From Elusimicrobiota bacterium (lineage in GTDB: Bacteria; Elusimicrobiota; Elusimicrobia; Elusimicrobiales; UBA9959), in the NCBI GenBank assembly GCA_027340875.1, contig DAIENX010000008.1:44284-108283 (forward strand): a DNA stretch of 64,000 nucleotides, read 5' to 3'. Below the pieces are notes generated by a model. It ran no database searches. It saw nothing but the letters and a program-made list of their open reading frames with translations, and was not told where the DNA came from. Shown here piece after piece: positions 11,149 to 19,682 of the stretch. A program made the position numbers and the translations under genes. Position 1 is the stretch's first letter. Each line of letters starts with the position of its first letter.

Positions 11149-11847
11149 ATGCACCTCCTCAAGCGCGTTCTGCCGTTGCTGCTTTCGCTGTCTCTGGGCG
11201 GCTGCGGAGCCAAGTTCTATCTGCTCCAGCTGTTCGGTCCCGACCACCACTACGTCGGCTCCGCCCAGGCCGTGGCCTCCATCCCGGCCCCGCCGGCGCC
11301 CGGTTCCCCGCAGGACCTGGCCGATATAGCCGTCCTCCGCGACTGGCAGACGAAACGCACCGCGGACGACTGCGCGGCCGCCAAGGCGCAGTCACGCGCC
11401 GACTATGACGCCTTCTTCGGCGGGGTCTCCCCGTTCCCGGACCCGCTGCCTGACGAGGCCTCCTCCATACTTTTCTGGGTCTATTATGACGGCTCCAGGG
11501 CGGCTTCTGCGGCGAAAAAGAAGTTCGGCCGGTCGCGGCCTTTTCTGCGCTACCGCGACCTCAAGCCCTGCTTGGGTACCGTATCCGGGCTGGCCTATCC
11601 CAGCGGGCATGCCACGGTCTCCAGGCTGCTAGCGCGCGTACTTTCGGACGTCTACCCGCCAGGAAGGGCGGAGATCATGGCCAGGGCGGACCAGGCCGCC
11701 CTTAACAGGGTCATAGGCGGGGTCCACCACCCATCCGACATCGAGGCCGGCAAGCGCCTTGGCGACGAGCTGTACGCGGAGCTCCTTACTCAGGATTCCT
11801 TTCGCGCCGATCTGGAGAGGCTGAAAAAGCTGGTCGTAAGGAAATAG
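11149..11847 (+). CDS. PAP2-family (class A) acid phosphatase, probable lipoprotein
   Basis: KKKFGRSRP, YPSGH and RVIGGVHHPSD motifs; lipobox-like LGGC. Confidence 0.87.
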   Translation: MHLLKRVLPLLLSLSLGGCGAKFYLLQLFGPDHHYVGSAQAVASIPAPPAPGSPQDLADIAVLRDWQTKRTADDCAAAKAQSRADYDAFFGGVSPFPDPLPDEASSILFWVYYDGSRAASAAKKKFGRSRPFLRYRDLKPCLGTVSGLAYPSGHATVSRLLARVLSDVYPPGRAEIMARADQAALNRVIGGVHHPSDIEAGKRLGDELYAELLTQDSFRADLERLKKLVVRK

Positions 11848-11864
11848 CCCCGGCGGGACGTGAA

Positions 11865-11898
11865 AAAAGCGCGCGGCTAAGCCGCGCGCTTTTCTTTT
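11865..11898. terminator. Bidirectional intrinsic terminator
   Basis: AAAAGCGCGCGGC-TAA-GCCGCGCGCTTTT between convergent genes. Confidence 0.8.
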
Positions 11899-11915
11899 GC
11901 CGCCCGATCGGGGGG

Positions 11916-12077
11916 TCAGCTCTCCGGCTCGAATTCCTCCTTGCCGGCGCCGCAGACGGGGCAGACCCACGTCTCCGGAAGCTTGTCGAACTCCGTGCCG
12001 GCGGGGACATTGTTGTCCGGGTCGCCGACAGCCGGGTCATAGACGTAGCCGCAGAGCTTGCACACGTATTTCTTCAT
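11916..12077 (-). CDS. Rubredoxin (53 aa; absent from ORF track)
   Basis: Manual translation [61 protein letters not shown]. Confidence 0.95.
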   Translation of the reverse strand: MKKYVCKLCGYVYDPAVGDPDNNVPAGTEFDKLPETWVCPVCGAGKEEFEPES

Positions 12078-12113
12078 TTATCCTCCTGGGATCTTTTCGA
12101 TCTTGTTCCCGGC

Positions 12114-12494
12114 TCAGGCCTTCCAGAGCCCGTGCAGGTTGCAGTATTCCCTGGCCACGAGGGTTTTGGGGGTGAAGCACAGGCAGAACACGGCCTCCGG
12201 GGCCATGCCCGGCTTCAGGTATTCGCGGAATATCTTGCCGTCGGCGATCAGCTCTATCCACTCGATGAAATGTTTCTCTTCCATCGGGTGGGCTACGGAG
12301 CCTACCTTTACTTTTACTCCCTTCTCGGTCTTCTCTATGACCGGGACGTGCTTCTCTTTCGCGGCATCCACCGTGTTCTCCGCGAAGCGCTTCATCTCCT
12401 TGCCGCAGCAGACCAGCGCCCCAGCGCCGCCGTGCAGTACTTCAACGATGTTGCCGCAAAGCTCGCATTTGTAGACCTGCATCCTTTCTATCAT
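12114..12494 (-). CDS. dfx: Desulfoferrodoxin (2Fe superoxide reductase)
   Basis: CxxCGN...CCG desulforedoxin domain; EKHVP, HPM, HFIEWI and CNLHGLW motifs. Confidence 0.95.
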   Translation of the reverse strand: MIERMQVYKCELCGNIVEVLHGGAGALVCCGKEMKRFAENTVDAAKEKHVPVIEKTEKGVKVKVGSVAHPMEEKHFIEWIELIADGKIFREYLKPGMAPEAVFCLCFTPKTLVAREYCNLHGLWKA

Positions 12495-12528
12495 GGCATT
12501 ATCCTCCGTGTTGGGTTTTAGGCGCCGC

Positions 12529-13074
12529 TCAGACCAGCGCCTTGAGTGCGGTCAGCACCTCTTCGTAATTCGGCTCCTGCGCCACCTCCGGCACGAGCTG
12601 GGCGTACTTGACCAGTCCGTCCTTGTCCACGATGTAGACGGCCCTGGCCAGCAGGCGCAGGTCCTTGATCAGGAGGCCCCAGCCCTTGCCGAAATCCGCC
12701 TTCTGGTAGTCCGAGAAGGTCCTGACCGCCTTTACTCCGGCGGCTCCGCACCAGCGCTTCTGGGCGAACGGCAGGTCCATGCTGACCACTATGACGCCGA
12801 CGTCGGGGCCGAGGGCTTCGGCTTCCTTGTTGAACCGGCGGGTCTCCAGGTCGCAGACGGGGGTGTCGAGGGAGGGGACCGAGATCACCACCGTGACCCT
12901 TCCGCCGTAGGTGCGGGAGAACTTCATCGGCAGCATGTCGTTGTCCGTCACCTTGAAGTCGGGGGCCGGCGCTCCGACCTTTATCTCCTCCCCGACGAGC
13001 GCCATCGGGCGTCCCTTCATCGTGACGGTACGCTTCACGGCCTCTTTAGTGGATTCTTCGTTGTTCTCTTCCAT
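12529..13074 (-). CDS. tpx: Thiol peroxidase (atypical 2-Cys peroxiredoxin)
   Basis: VPSLDTPVC and [12 protein letters not shown] motifs. Confidence 0.93.
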   Translation of the reverse strand: MEENNEESTKEAVKRTVTMKGRPMALVGEEIKVGAPAPDFKVTDNDMLPMKFSRTYGGRVTVVISVPSLDTPVCDLETRRFNKEAEALGPDVGVIVVSMDLPFAQKRWCGAAGVKAVRTFSDYQKADFGKGWGLLIKDLRLLARAVYIVDKDGLVKYAQLVPEVAQEPNYEEVLTALKALV

Positions 13075-13091
13075 GGTCCCTCCTTCCTTGA

Positions 13092-13664
13092 TTACCAGTT
13101 CTCGGCCAGCAGCTCGAAGTGCGCCTTCGGGTGCGCGCAGGCCGGGCAGTTCTCCGGGGCTGAGTCGCCCTCGTGGGTGTAGCCGCAGTTATGGCAGCGC
13201 CAGACCACCTTCCTGTCCTTCCTGAACACCTTGCCCTCCTGAACGTTCTTCAGGAAAGCGAGGTAGCGGGTCTCGTGGTATTTCTCCGCCACCGATATGG
13301 ACTCGAAGGTCCTGGCCACCGGCTCGAAGCCCTCCTCGCGGGCGGTCTTCGCGAAATCCTGGTAAAGCGTGGTCCATTCCATGTGCTCGCCGGCCGCCGC
13401 GGCCTTCAGGTTGGCGGCGGTGTCGCCTATGGTGCCGGCCGGATAGCTGGCGGTTATCGTCACGTCGCCGCCCTCGAGGAATTTGAAGAAGCGCTTGGCG
13501 TGCTCTTTCTCGTGGCCTGCGGTCTCCTCGAAAGCGTTAGATATCTGCACGTAGCCCTCTTTCTTCGCGGCCGCGGCGAAGTAAGTATAGCGTTTGCGCG
13601 CCTGCGATTCCCCCGCGAAGGCGGCAAGAAGATTCTTCTCGGTCTTGGAACCTTTGAGATTCAT
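13092..13664 (-). CDS. rbr: Rubrerythrin
   Basis: AFAGESQA, EKEHA, C-terminal CxxCGY...CPAC rubredoxin domain. Confidence 0.95.
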   Translation of the reverse strand: MNLKGSKTEKNLLAAFAGESQARKRYTYFAAAAKKEGYVQISNAFEETAGHEKEHAKRFFKFLEGGDVTITASYPAGTIGDTAANLKAAAAGEHMEWTTLYQDFAKTAREEGFEPVARTFESISVAEKYHETRYLAFLKNVQEGKVFRKDRKVVWRCHNCGYTHEGDSAPENCPACAHPKAHFELLAENW

Positions 13665-13745
13665 GACTTCCTCCTGTATCTATGTAGCACGAACTGCCGG
13701 TACCCAACCGGCAGCTGAGAGAGAGCTAATATTCTACTAAAAATC

Positions 13746-14501
13746 TCAGGTGTTGTTGCCCCGTATGCCGGCGCGCGTGAGAGCGAAGTCGTACTTGACC
13801 GGGTCGGACGGCTCTATGCTGCTGAAATAGGCGGTTATCTCGGCTGCCGTCCTCATCGAAGTGTCCTTCCTGCGGGTTATCCCCATGCCCATCGAGACCT
13901 GGCGCATATGGGTGTCGAGGGGGATTATCAGCTTGGAGGGGGAAACCCCGGTCCAGACGCCGGGGTCCACGGAGTCCTTCCGTATCATCCACCGCAGGAA
14001 GAGGTTCACCCTCTTGAATGAGCTTTTATGCTCCGGGCAGGGGGTGAGCGTGGGAGCGCAGGCTTTGCGGTTGAAGGCGTTGATGAAACGGTAAAGGGCC
14101 TCTTCCACGTTCGGCTCATCGGGCCGGTAGCCCTTGAGAAAAAGCTTTTCCAGGGAGCCGTGCGAGGTCAGCGCTTCCTTTATGTTGAGCAGGAACACCG
14201 CCATCTCCTCGCCGGTGGTGAAGCGGTGCTTGAAGCCGGAAAGGGCCTTCGTGATCGCGGCCGGGGGGGTGTTCTTTATCCACGCCGCAGGGGAGTTCCC
14301 CATGGGGGACAAGACCTTCTCCACGCTCTTGAGTATCTGGTTGACGTTGCCGTAGGCCAGGCAGGCGGCTATCAGGCCCACTACCTCGCGGTCCGCCGCG
14401 CTCCTGTAGCGCCAGACGAACTCCAGCGGGTCCGGGTGTATGTATTCCGGCCGGTTCATCTCCCGGTAGATCTTCTCCAGGTATTTCCGTGAGGGAGGCA
14501 T
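13746..14501 (-). CDS. TIGR02757 family protein (DUF2400)
   Basis: DPLEF, LAYGNV, KRVNLFLRWMIR, PLDTH and DPVKYDFAL motifs. Confidence 0.88.
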   Translation of the reverse strand: MPPSRKYLEKIYREMNRPEYIHPDPLEFVWRYRSAADREVVGLIAACLAYGNVNQILKSVEKVLSPMGNSPAAWIKNTPPAAITKALSGFKHRFTTGEEMAVFLLNIKEALTSHGSLEKLFLKGYRPDEPNVEEALYRFINAFNRKACAPTLTPCPEHKSSFKRVNLFLRWMIRKDSVDPGVWTGVSPSKLIIPLDTHMRQVSMGMGITRRKDTSMRTAAEITAYFSSIEPSDPVKYDFALTRAGIRGNNT

Positions 14502-14570
14502 GGGATAATTATAGCGAAAAGCAGCCGGGCAGAGGCTCTCTCCTTCCTCCGCCCGGCCTTTCCGATCCTG

Positions 14571-14987
14571 TCAGTTCCTTTCTTTAGCCGGCCTGGTGAA
14601 ACTGCTTATCCGGGTCTTCAGCACCGCCTCGAAGCGCCTGTTGGTCTCGTTCAGGAAGCCCCTGAAAGGGCAACGGGTCCTTTTGCAGTGCTTCGAGCCC
14701 ATCAGGCAGTTGGCGTATTCGGCCTTGCCTTCGATGGCGTCGACCACGTCGCCTACGGTGGCGGCGCCGCCCCTGGTGGTCAGCCTGAAGCCGCCTTTCG
14801 GGCCGCGCACCGGGGCCACCAGGCCGCTCCTGGTAAGGCGCTGCATCACCTTGGCCAGGTGGTTGTAGGAGACCCCCAGCTCTTCGGCGATGTCGGGCGT
14901 GGTCCTCAGCCCCTCGCTCTCCGCTATCACTTCCACGGCGTGCAGCCCCAGTATGGCGGCTTCGGACATGTTCAGCAGCAGTTTCAT
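14571..14987 (-). CDS. Rrf2-family transcriptional regulator
   Basis: wHTH with HLAKVMQRL...RGPKGGF; three C-terminal Cys (possible Fe-S ligands). Confidence 0.9.
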   Translation of the reverse strand: MKLLLNMSEAAILGLHAVEVIAESEGLRTTPDIAEELGVSYNHLAKVMQRLTRSGLVAPVRGPKGGFRLTTRGGAATVGDVVDAIEGKAEYANCLMGSKHCKRTRCPFRGFLNETNRRFEAVLKTRISSFTRPAKERN

Positions 14988-15001
14988 CGGGTTCCAGTCC
15001 T

Positions 15002-17266
15002 TTATATAGGCCGGCAGGACCCCGCTTTGTAGACTTCCTGGTCCTCGGCGCAGTGTATCGGCCTTATTTTAGCATAGGTCTTGAGCAGGAACCAGAACAG
15101 CAGCACCGCGCCGATGATGACCATCGTGTCCGGGATCGCGCGCAGCTCCAGCAGTTTCTCTATGACGGGGATGCTGTAGAACGACGCGCTCCTGGCGGCC
15201 CAGACGCCGTGCTTGTAGGCCAGCGCCGTCTGCGCGAGGCCCACCGGCAGCAGCGTTATCGCGCACATAAGGGCAAGTCCGGAGTTCAGCAGCCAGAAGG
15301 TCCACGACAGCAGCTTGCCGTCCCAGGCCTCGTCGCTGACGAGCGAGCGCCAGGAGAACAGCAGGATGGCCAGCGACAGCATGCCGTACACGCCGAACAG
15401 CGCGGCATGGCCGTGGTTGGCCGTCAGGTACGTGCCGTGCTCGAAGTAGTTCACCACCGGCAGGTTGATCGTGAAGCCGAACACGCCGGCCCCCACGAAG
15501 TTCCAGAAGCTGGAGGCGGTGATGAACAGCAGCGGCCACCGGTACGGGAACTGGCGCCCGGAGTCCTGGATGGCCTTGTACTCCATCCACGCCCGGACCA
15601 CCAGCAGGATCAGCGGTATGGGCTCCAGCGAGGAGAAGACCGACCCCAGCGCCAGCCAGTAGGACGGGCCGCCGTACCAGTAGTAATGGTGCGCGGTGCC
15701 GATGATGCCGCTGGCGAAGACCAGCGTGGCCGTGAAGTAGGCCACCTTCATCGCCTCCTTTTTGTCGGCCAGGCCGAGCATCACCAGGAACATCGAGATC
15801 ACGGCCACGCCGAAGAACTCGAAGATGCCCTCTACCCACAGGTGCACCACGAACCAGCGCCAGTAGTCGGCCACGGTCAGGTGGGTGCCCTTGCCGTAGA
15901 ACAGGCCGAAGCCGAAGAAGCCCACCACCATGATGGCGCTCAGCACGTAGAAGGCCACCACGCCGCTCTCGTCGGCCTTGGGCCCGTAGAGGCGGTCCTT
16001 AAGTCCGCGGTACACGATCAGCAGCCAGGCTATCAGGCCGACGAACAGCAGTATCTGCCAGAAGCGGCCCATCTCCAGGTATTCCCAGCCCTGGTGGCCG
16101 AACCAGAACCAGGCCTTCTCGCTGAAATAGCCGTTTATCCCGAGGGCCGTGCCAGCCAGGCTGCCGACGGCCACTATAAGCACGGCTCCGAAAAGCAGGT
16201 TGACCAGCGTACCCTGCCCGCGCGGCTCCCTGCCGCTTATGACCGGGGCCAGGTAGATGGAGGCGCCTATCCAGGTGGCCGCTATCCAGAGTATAGCCAG
16301 CTGCAGATGCCAGCTCTTCGCGAGGCTGTAGGGGACCAGCTTCGCCACGATAGCGGGGTAGAAGCTGGCCGGGCTGGTGGTGTAATGGGCCAGCAGGCCG
16401 CCCATCAGCGTCTGCACTATGAAGAGAAGAGAGACCACGAGGAAGAACTTGGCCGCCTTCACCTGGCTGGAGGTCAGCGGCAGCTCGGTCAGGGCCTTGG
16501 CTATGGCCTCGCTCTTGGTCTCGCCGTAGAAAAGGTGGTACCGGTGCACGACGTAGATGACCAGGCCCAGGACCAGGAACAGCCCTATGACGGAGATCAC
16601 GCTCCAGATGAAGGAGCCGTCGGACATAGTGTTGCCTACGCTGGCGTCGGGAGGCCAGTTGTTGGTGTAGGTGATGTCCTCGCCGGGCCTGTCGGTGCCG
16701 GCCACCCAGGCCGTCCAGAAGAAGAACTTGCTGATGGCCGAGGCTTCGGCCTCGGTCTTGACCGTATCCGGCAGGAAGCCGTAGCCCTTATCGCCGTTCC
16801 GGAGCATGCCGCTCCAGTGTTCGGTGACCTTCTGCAGGGCGTAGGCCCTGGCGGGGGAGACCAGCAGGGTGCGGGAGGACGGGTCGTAGGTGTTGGCCTT
16901 TATCTCCTTTATTACGGCGGCGTCCACGGAAGCCTTCTGCTCCGCCGGCAGGGCCTCGTAGGCGGAGCCGTACTTGCCCGCGTAGAAGTCCCGCATGTAG
17001 ACGCCGGTCAGGTGCAGCGTCTCGGCCGAGAACTCCGGCCCGCGCAGCGTGCCGTGGCCCCAGACGCTGCCGTGGTCCATCAGGCCGTACTTCTGGTAGA
17101 CGCCCTGTCCTTCCAGGATATCCCCGCCGGTGGCCAGCGTGGCCTCCCCGGAAACTATCCTGTCAGGGTAGGGGGCGAGCTTGCGCATGGCGAAGTAGCC
17201 TCCGCCGAGAAGCGTAAGCATCGAAAGCACGAAGCTTGCGACGGCTAATCTTTTTAATCCTTGCAT
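15002..17266 (-). CDS. norB: Quinol-dependent nitric oxide reductase (qNor, long single-subunit type)
   Basis: GSVWGHG, YTNNWP, HLWVEG, GTAHHYYW and NHGHAALFG motifs; start MQGLKR at 17266 after AGGAGAGG. Confidence 0.93.
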   Translation of the reverse strand: MQGLKRLAVASFVLSMLTLLGGGYFAMRKLAPYPDRIVSGEATLATGGDILEGQGVYQKYGLMDHGSVWGHGTLRGPEFSAETLHLTGVYMRDFYAGKYGSAYEALPAEQKASVDAAVIKEIKANTYDPSSRTLLVSPARAYALQKVTEHWSGMLRNGDKGYGFLPDTVKTEAEASAISKFFFWTAWVAGTDRPGEDITYTNNWPPDASVGNTMSDGSFIWSVISVIGLFLVLGLVIYVVHRYHLFYGETKSEAIAKALTELPLTSSQVKAAKFFLVVSLLFIVQTLMGGLLAHYTTSPASFYPAIVAKLVPYSLAKSWHLQLAILWIAATWIGASIYLAPVISGREPRGQGTLVNLLFGAVLIVAVGSLAGTALGINGYFSEKAWFWFGHQGWEYLEMGRFWQILLFVGLIAWLLIVYRGLKDRLYGPKADESGVVAFYVLSAIMVVGFFGFGLFYGKGTHLTVADYWRWFVVHLWVEGIFEFFGVAVISMFLVMLGLADKKEAMKVAYFTATLVFASGIIGTAHHYYWYGGPSYWLALGSVFSSLEPIPLILLVVRAWMEYKAIQDSGRQFPYRWPLLFITASSFWNFVGAGVFGFTINLPVVNYFEHGTYLTANHGHAALFGVYGMLSLAILLFSWRSLVSDEAWDGKLLSWTFWLLNSGLALMCAITLLPVGLAQTALAYKHGVWAARSASFYSIPVIEKLLELRAIPDTMVIIGAVLLFWFLLKTYAKIRPIHCAEDQEVYKAGSCRPI

Positions 17267-17291
17267 GTTCCTCTCCTTCCTAATTAGATAA

Positions 17292-17329
17292 CAGGTACTA
17301 GAATACCAGAATAGCGCGGCGGCTGTCAA
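17292..17329 (-). promoter_or_regulatory. Putative sigma70 promoter of qNor-rrf2 with overlapping imperfect palindrome
   Basis: Minus strand TTGACA (17329-17324), 18 nt, TATTCT (17305-17300) with extended TG; CAGGTA-N6-TACCAG spans the -10. Confidence 0.5.
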
Positions 17330-17462
17330 GCGCGCGTCGGAAACAGGATGCCGCCCCGTTATGGCCCGCACCGACGGGAGGGGATGCCAGGATTTGTGCC
17401 GTGGAACTTAAAATCGTAGAATATCTGCGTAGTACTACCCACTTTCCAGTTGCGAGGTGCTT

Positions 17463-17987
17463 ATGCTGAAGGCAGCGATCATCATGGGAAGCGATTCAGA
17501 CCTGGGAGTACTGTCGGCAGCCGCCAAAGTCCTCGAGCAGTTCAAAGTACCCTTCGAGATAAAGATACTGTCCGCCCACCGCACCACCGAGGCGGCCCTC
17601 TCGTTCGCCGCCGACGCTGAAAGCAACGGCTTCGGCGTCATCATCGCCGGAGCCGGCGCCGCCGCGCACCTGCCCGGCGTTCTGGCCGCGGCCACGGCGC
17701 TGCCGGTAATAGGCGTGCCGGTGAACGCCACTCCTCTGGCCGGCATGGACGCGCTGCTCTCCATAGTCCAGATGCCTCCCGGCATACCGGTGGCGACGGT
17801 GGGGGTGAACAACGCCAAGAACGCCGGCCTGCTGGCCGTGCAGGTGCTGTCGCTCACCGAGAAGCGCCTGCGGACCGAGTTCAAGGCGGACAGGGAGATG
17901 ATGAAGGCCGGCGTGCTGGCCAAGAACGCGGAGCTGGAGAAGATAGGCTATAGGAAATACCTGGAAAAGACCGAAAAGAAGAAATAG
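17463..17987 (+). CDS. purE: N5-carboxyaminoimidazole ribonucleotide mutase / AIR carboxylase
   Basis: MGSDSD, SAHRT, AGAGAAAHLPG and SIVQMPPGIPVATV motifs. Confidence 0.96.
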   Translation: MLKAAIIMGSDSDLGVLSAAAKVLEQFKVPFEIKILSAHRTTEAALSFAADAESNGFGVIIAGAGAAAHLPGVLAAATALPVIGVPVNATPLAGMDALLSIVQMPPGIPVATVGVNNAKNAGLLAVQVLSLTEKRLRTEFKADREMMKAGVLAKNAELEKIGYRKYLEKTEKKK

Positions 17988-18036
17988 CAGTCGGCCGCGG
18001 CGCTGACCGGCAGTCTACCTTAATTTAAAGAAGGAG

Positions 18037-18915
18037 ATGAGCATGTCCGAGCTGAAGTTGATACATAAGGGTAAAGTCAGGGACCTCTACGCTGCGGGGG
18101 AGAAGTATCTTCTGATAGTCTCTTCGGACAGAATATCGGCGTTCGATTTCATACTCCCCACTCCAATCCCGGGCAAGGGCGCCCTCCTCAACAGGATAAG
18201 CGAGTTCTGGTTCTCCCGGACGTCCGGGATAATAAAGAACCATATAGTTTCCACTGATATAGACGAGATACGGAAGCGGGTGACCGCCCCGGAAGGCTTC
18301 GACTGGGAGTACATGCGCGGCCGGGCCATGCTGGTGCACCGCACCAAGCGCGTGGACTTCGAATGCGTGGTGCGGGGATATATAACGGGCTCCGGCTGGA
18401 AAGAGTACCGGAAGCAGGGCAGCGTCTGCGGCATAAAGCTGCCGGCCGGCCTGAAAGAGGCCGAGAAGCTGCCTGAGCCGATATTCACCCCTACCACCAA
18501 GGCCGACCAGGGGCACGACGAGAGCGTAACTTTCGAAACGATGGCCGCCGCCCTGTCGCCCGGCCTCGCGGAGACCATAAGGGAGAAGAGCATCGCCCTC
18601 TACAAGTTCGCGACGGAGCACGCCGGGAAGCGCGGCATACTGCTGGCGGACACCAAGTTCGAGTTCGGCCAGCTGGACGGCGAGCTTATCCTGATCGACG
18701 AGGCGCTGACTCCCGATTCCTCCCGCTTCTGGGACGCGGCGAAGTACAGGGTCGGGACCAGCCCCGACAGCTACGACAAACAGTACGTGCGGAACTGGCT
18801 GGAGGGCAGCGGCTGGGACAAGAAGTCCTCTCCGCCGCTGCTGCCGGCCGAAGTGGTGAGGGGCACCCTCGAAAAGTACGAGGAGGCCCTGAAGAAACTG
18901 ACCGGAGCCGGGTGA
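18037..18915 (+). CDS. purC: SAICAR synthetase
   Basis: GKVRDLY, SDRISAFD, ADTKFEFG and DEALTPDSSRFW motifs. Confidence 0.96.
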   Translation: MSMSELKLIHKGKVRDLYAAGEKYLLIVSSDRISAFDFILPTPIPGKGALLNRISEFWFSRTSGIIKNHIVSTDIDEIRKRVTAPEGFDWEYMRGRAMLVHRTKRVDFECVVRGYITGSGWKEYRKQGSVCGIKLPAGLKEAEKLPEPIFTPTTKADQGHDESVTFETMAAALSPGLAETIREKSIALYKFATEHAGKRGILLADTKFEFGQLDGELILIDEALTPDSSRFWDAAKYRVGTSPDSYDKQYVRNWLEGSGWDKKSSPPLLPAEVVRGTLEKYEEALKKLTGAG

Positions 18916-18988
18916 ACTGCCACCCGGCTTCTTCTTTTATCGCATGATGAGATTGAAAATGAGAGCGCAGGATGCGAAGTTGGGGGCC

Positions 18989-19179
18989 TGGCAAGGGTAT
19001 GGCCCCGTCGGGCACGCGGTCGCGCACTGGGCTATGCCCGTGCCGCATCAGGAGCTATGCTCTTCAGGCGGCCACCGTGCATAACTCATCACGGGGAACT
19101 GTCGCTGCGCTCCATCCCCTCGTCGTGCTTACGCAAGCTCCTTCCTCCGTGACGGCCCTCCGAGCCCATACCCTTGCCA
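18989..19179. repeat. Dispersed structured repeat, copy A (expanded form)
   Basis: Perfect 14-bp closing IR TGGCAAGGGTATGG/CCATACCCTTGCCA; core GGCACGCGGTCGCGCAC...CACCGTGC...TCGTCGTGCTTACGCAAGCTCCTTCCTCCG. Confidence 0.75.
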
Positions 19180-19235
19180 CCCCTCCACTATTCATGCTCA
19201 ATGGAAAAGAAGAAGCCTGATAGCAGGTGAAATAA

Positions 19236-19682
19236 ATGATAATCGAGATAACCACCAAAGTGAAGTACGCGGAAAACGAAGAGAGCGGCTTCATCGGGCG
19301 CATGGCGCATGCCGGCCTGAAGGTCCGTGCGGCGCGTCTGGCGCGCCTGTACCGGGTGGACGCGGCTTTCAGCCGGGCCGAGTTCGACAAGCTGGGCTCC
19401 GAGTTGCTGACGGACAGGATAACCGAGACCTACTCGCTCTCGCGCCCGCGCCCCGGCCTGAAGGGCTGGCGCGTAGAGGTCTGGCTGAAGGATTCCGTCA
19501 CCGACGTGGTGGGGGAGAGCGTGAAGGGGGCGGTAGCCGACGTGCTCGGCAAAGAGCCGTCCGCCGTCCGCTTCGGCCATGCCTATTACGTCGACTGCCC
19601 CTCGGAGAAGGCGCTGCGGCGCGCCGTGGCCGGGACCCTGGTGAACGAGACGGTCAACAGGTTCGGGATACAGAAGATATGA
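19236..19682 (+). CDS. purS: FGAM synthase subunit PurS-like, apparently tandem-domain
   Basis: 148 aa, directly upstream of purL; VEVWLKDSVTDVVGESV and LLTDRITETY resemble PurS motifs. Confidence 0.7.
   Translation: MIIEITTKVKYAENEESGFIGRMAHAGLKVRAARLARLYRVDAAFSRAEFDKLGSELLTDRITETYSLSRPRPGLKGWRVEVWLKDSVTDVVGESVKGAVADVLGKEPSAVRFGHAYYVDCPSEKALRRAVAGTLVNETVNRFGIQKI

Noticed and set aside
15002..17266. qNor as an NO dismutase (Nod)
   Set aside because: Canonical non-heme-iron His ligands and the HLWVEG Glu are retained, as in ordinary qNor.
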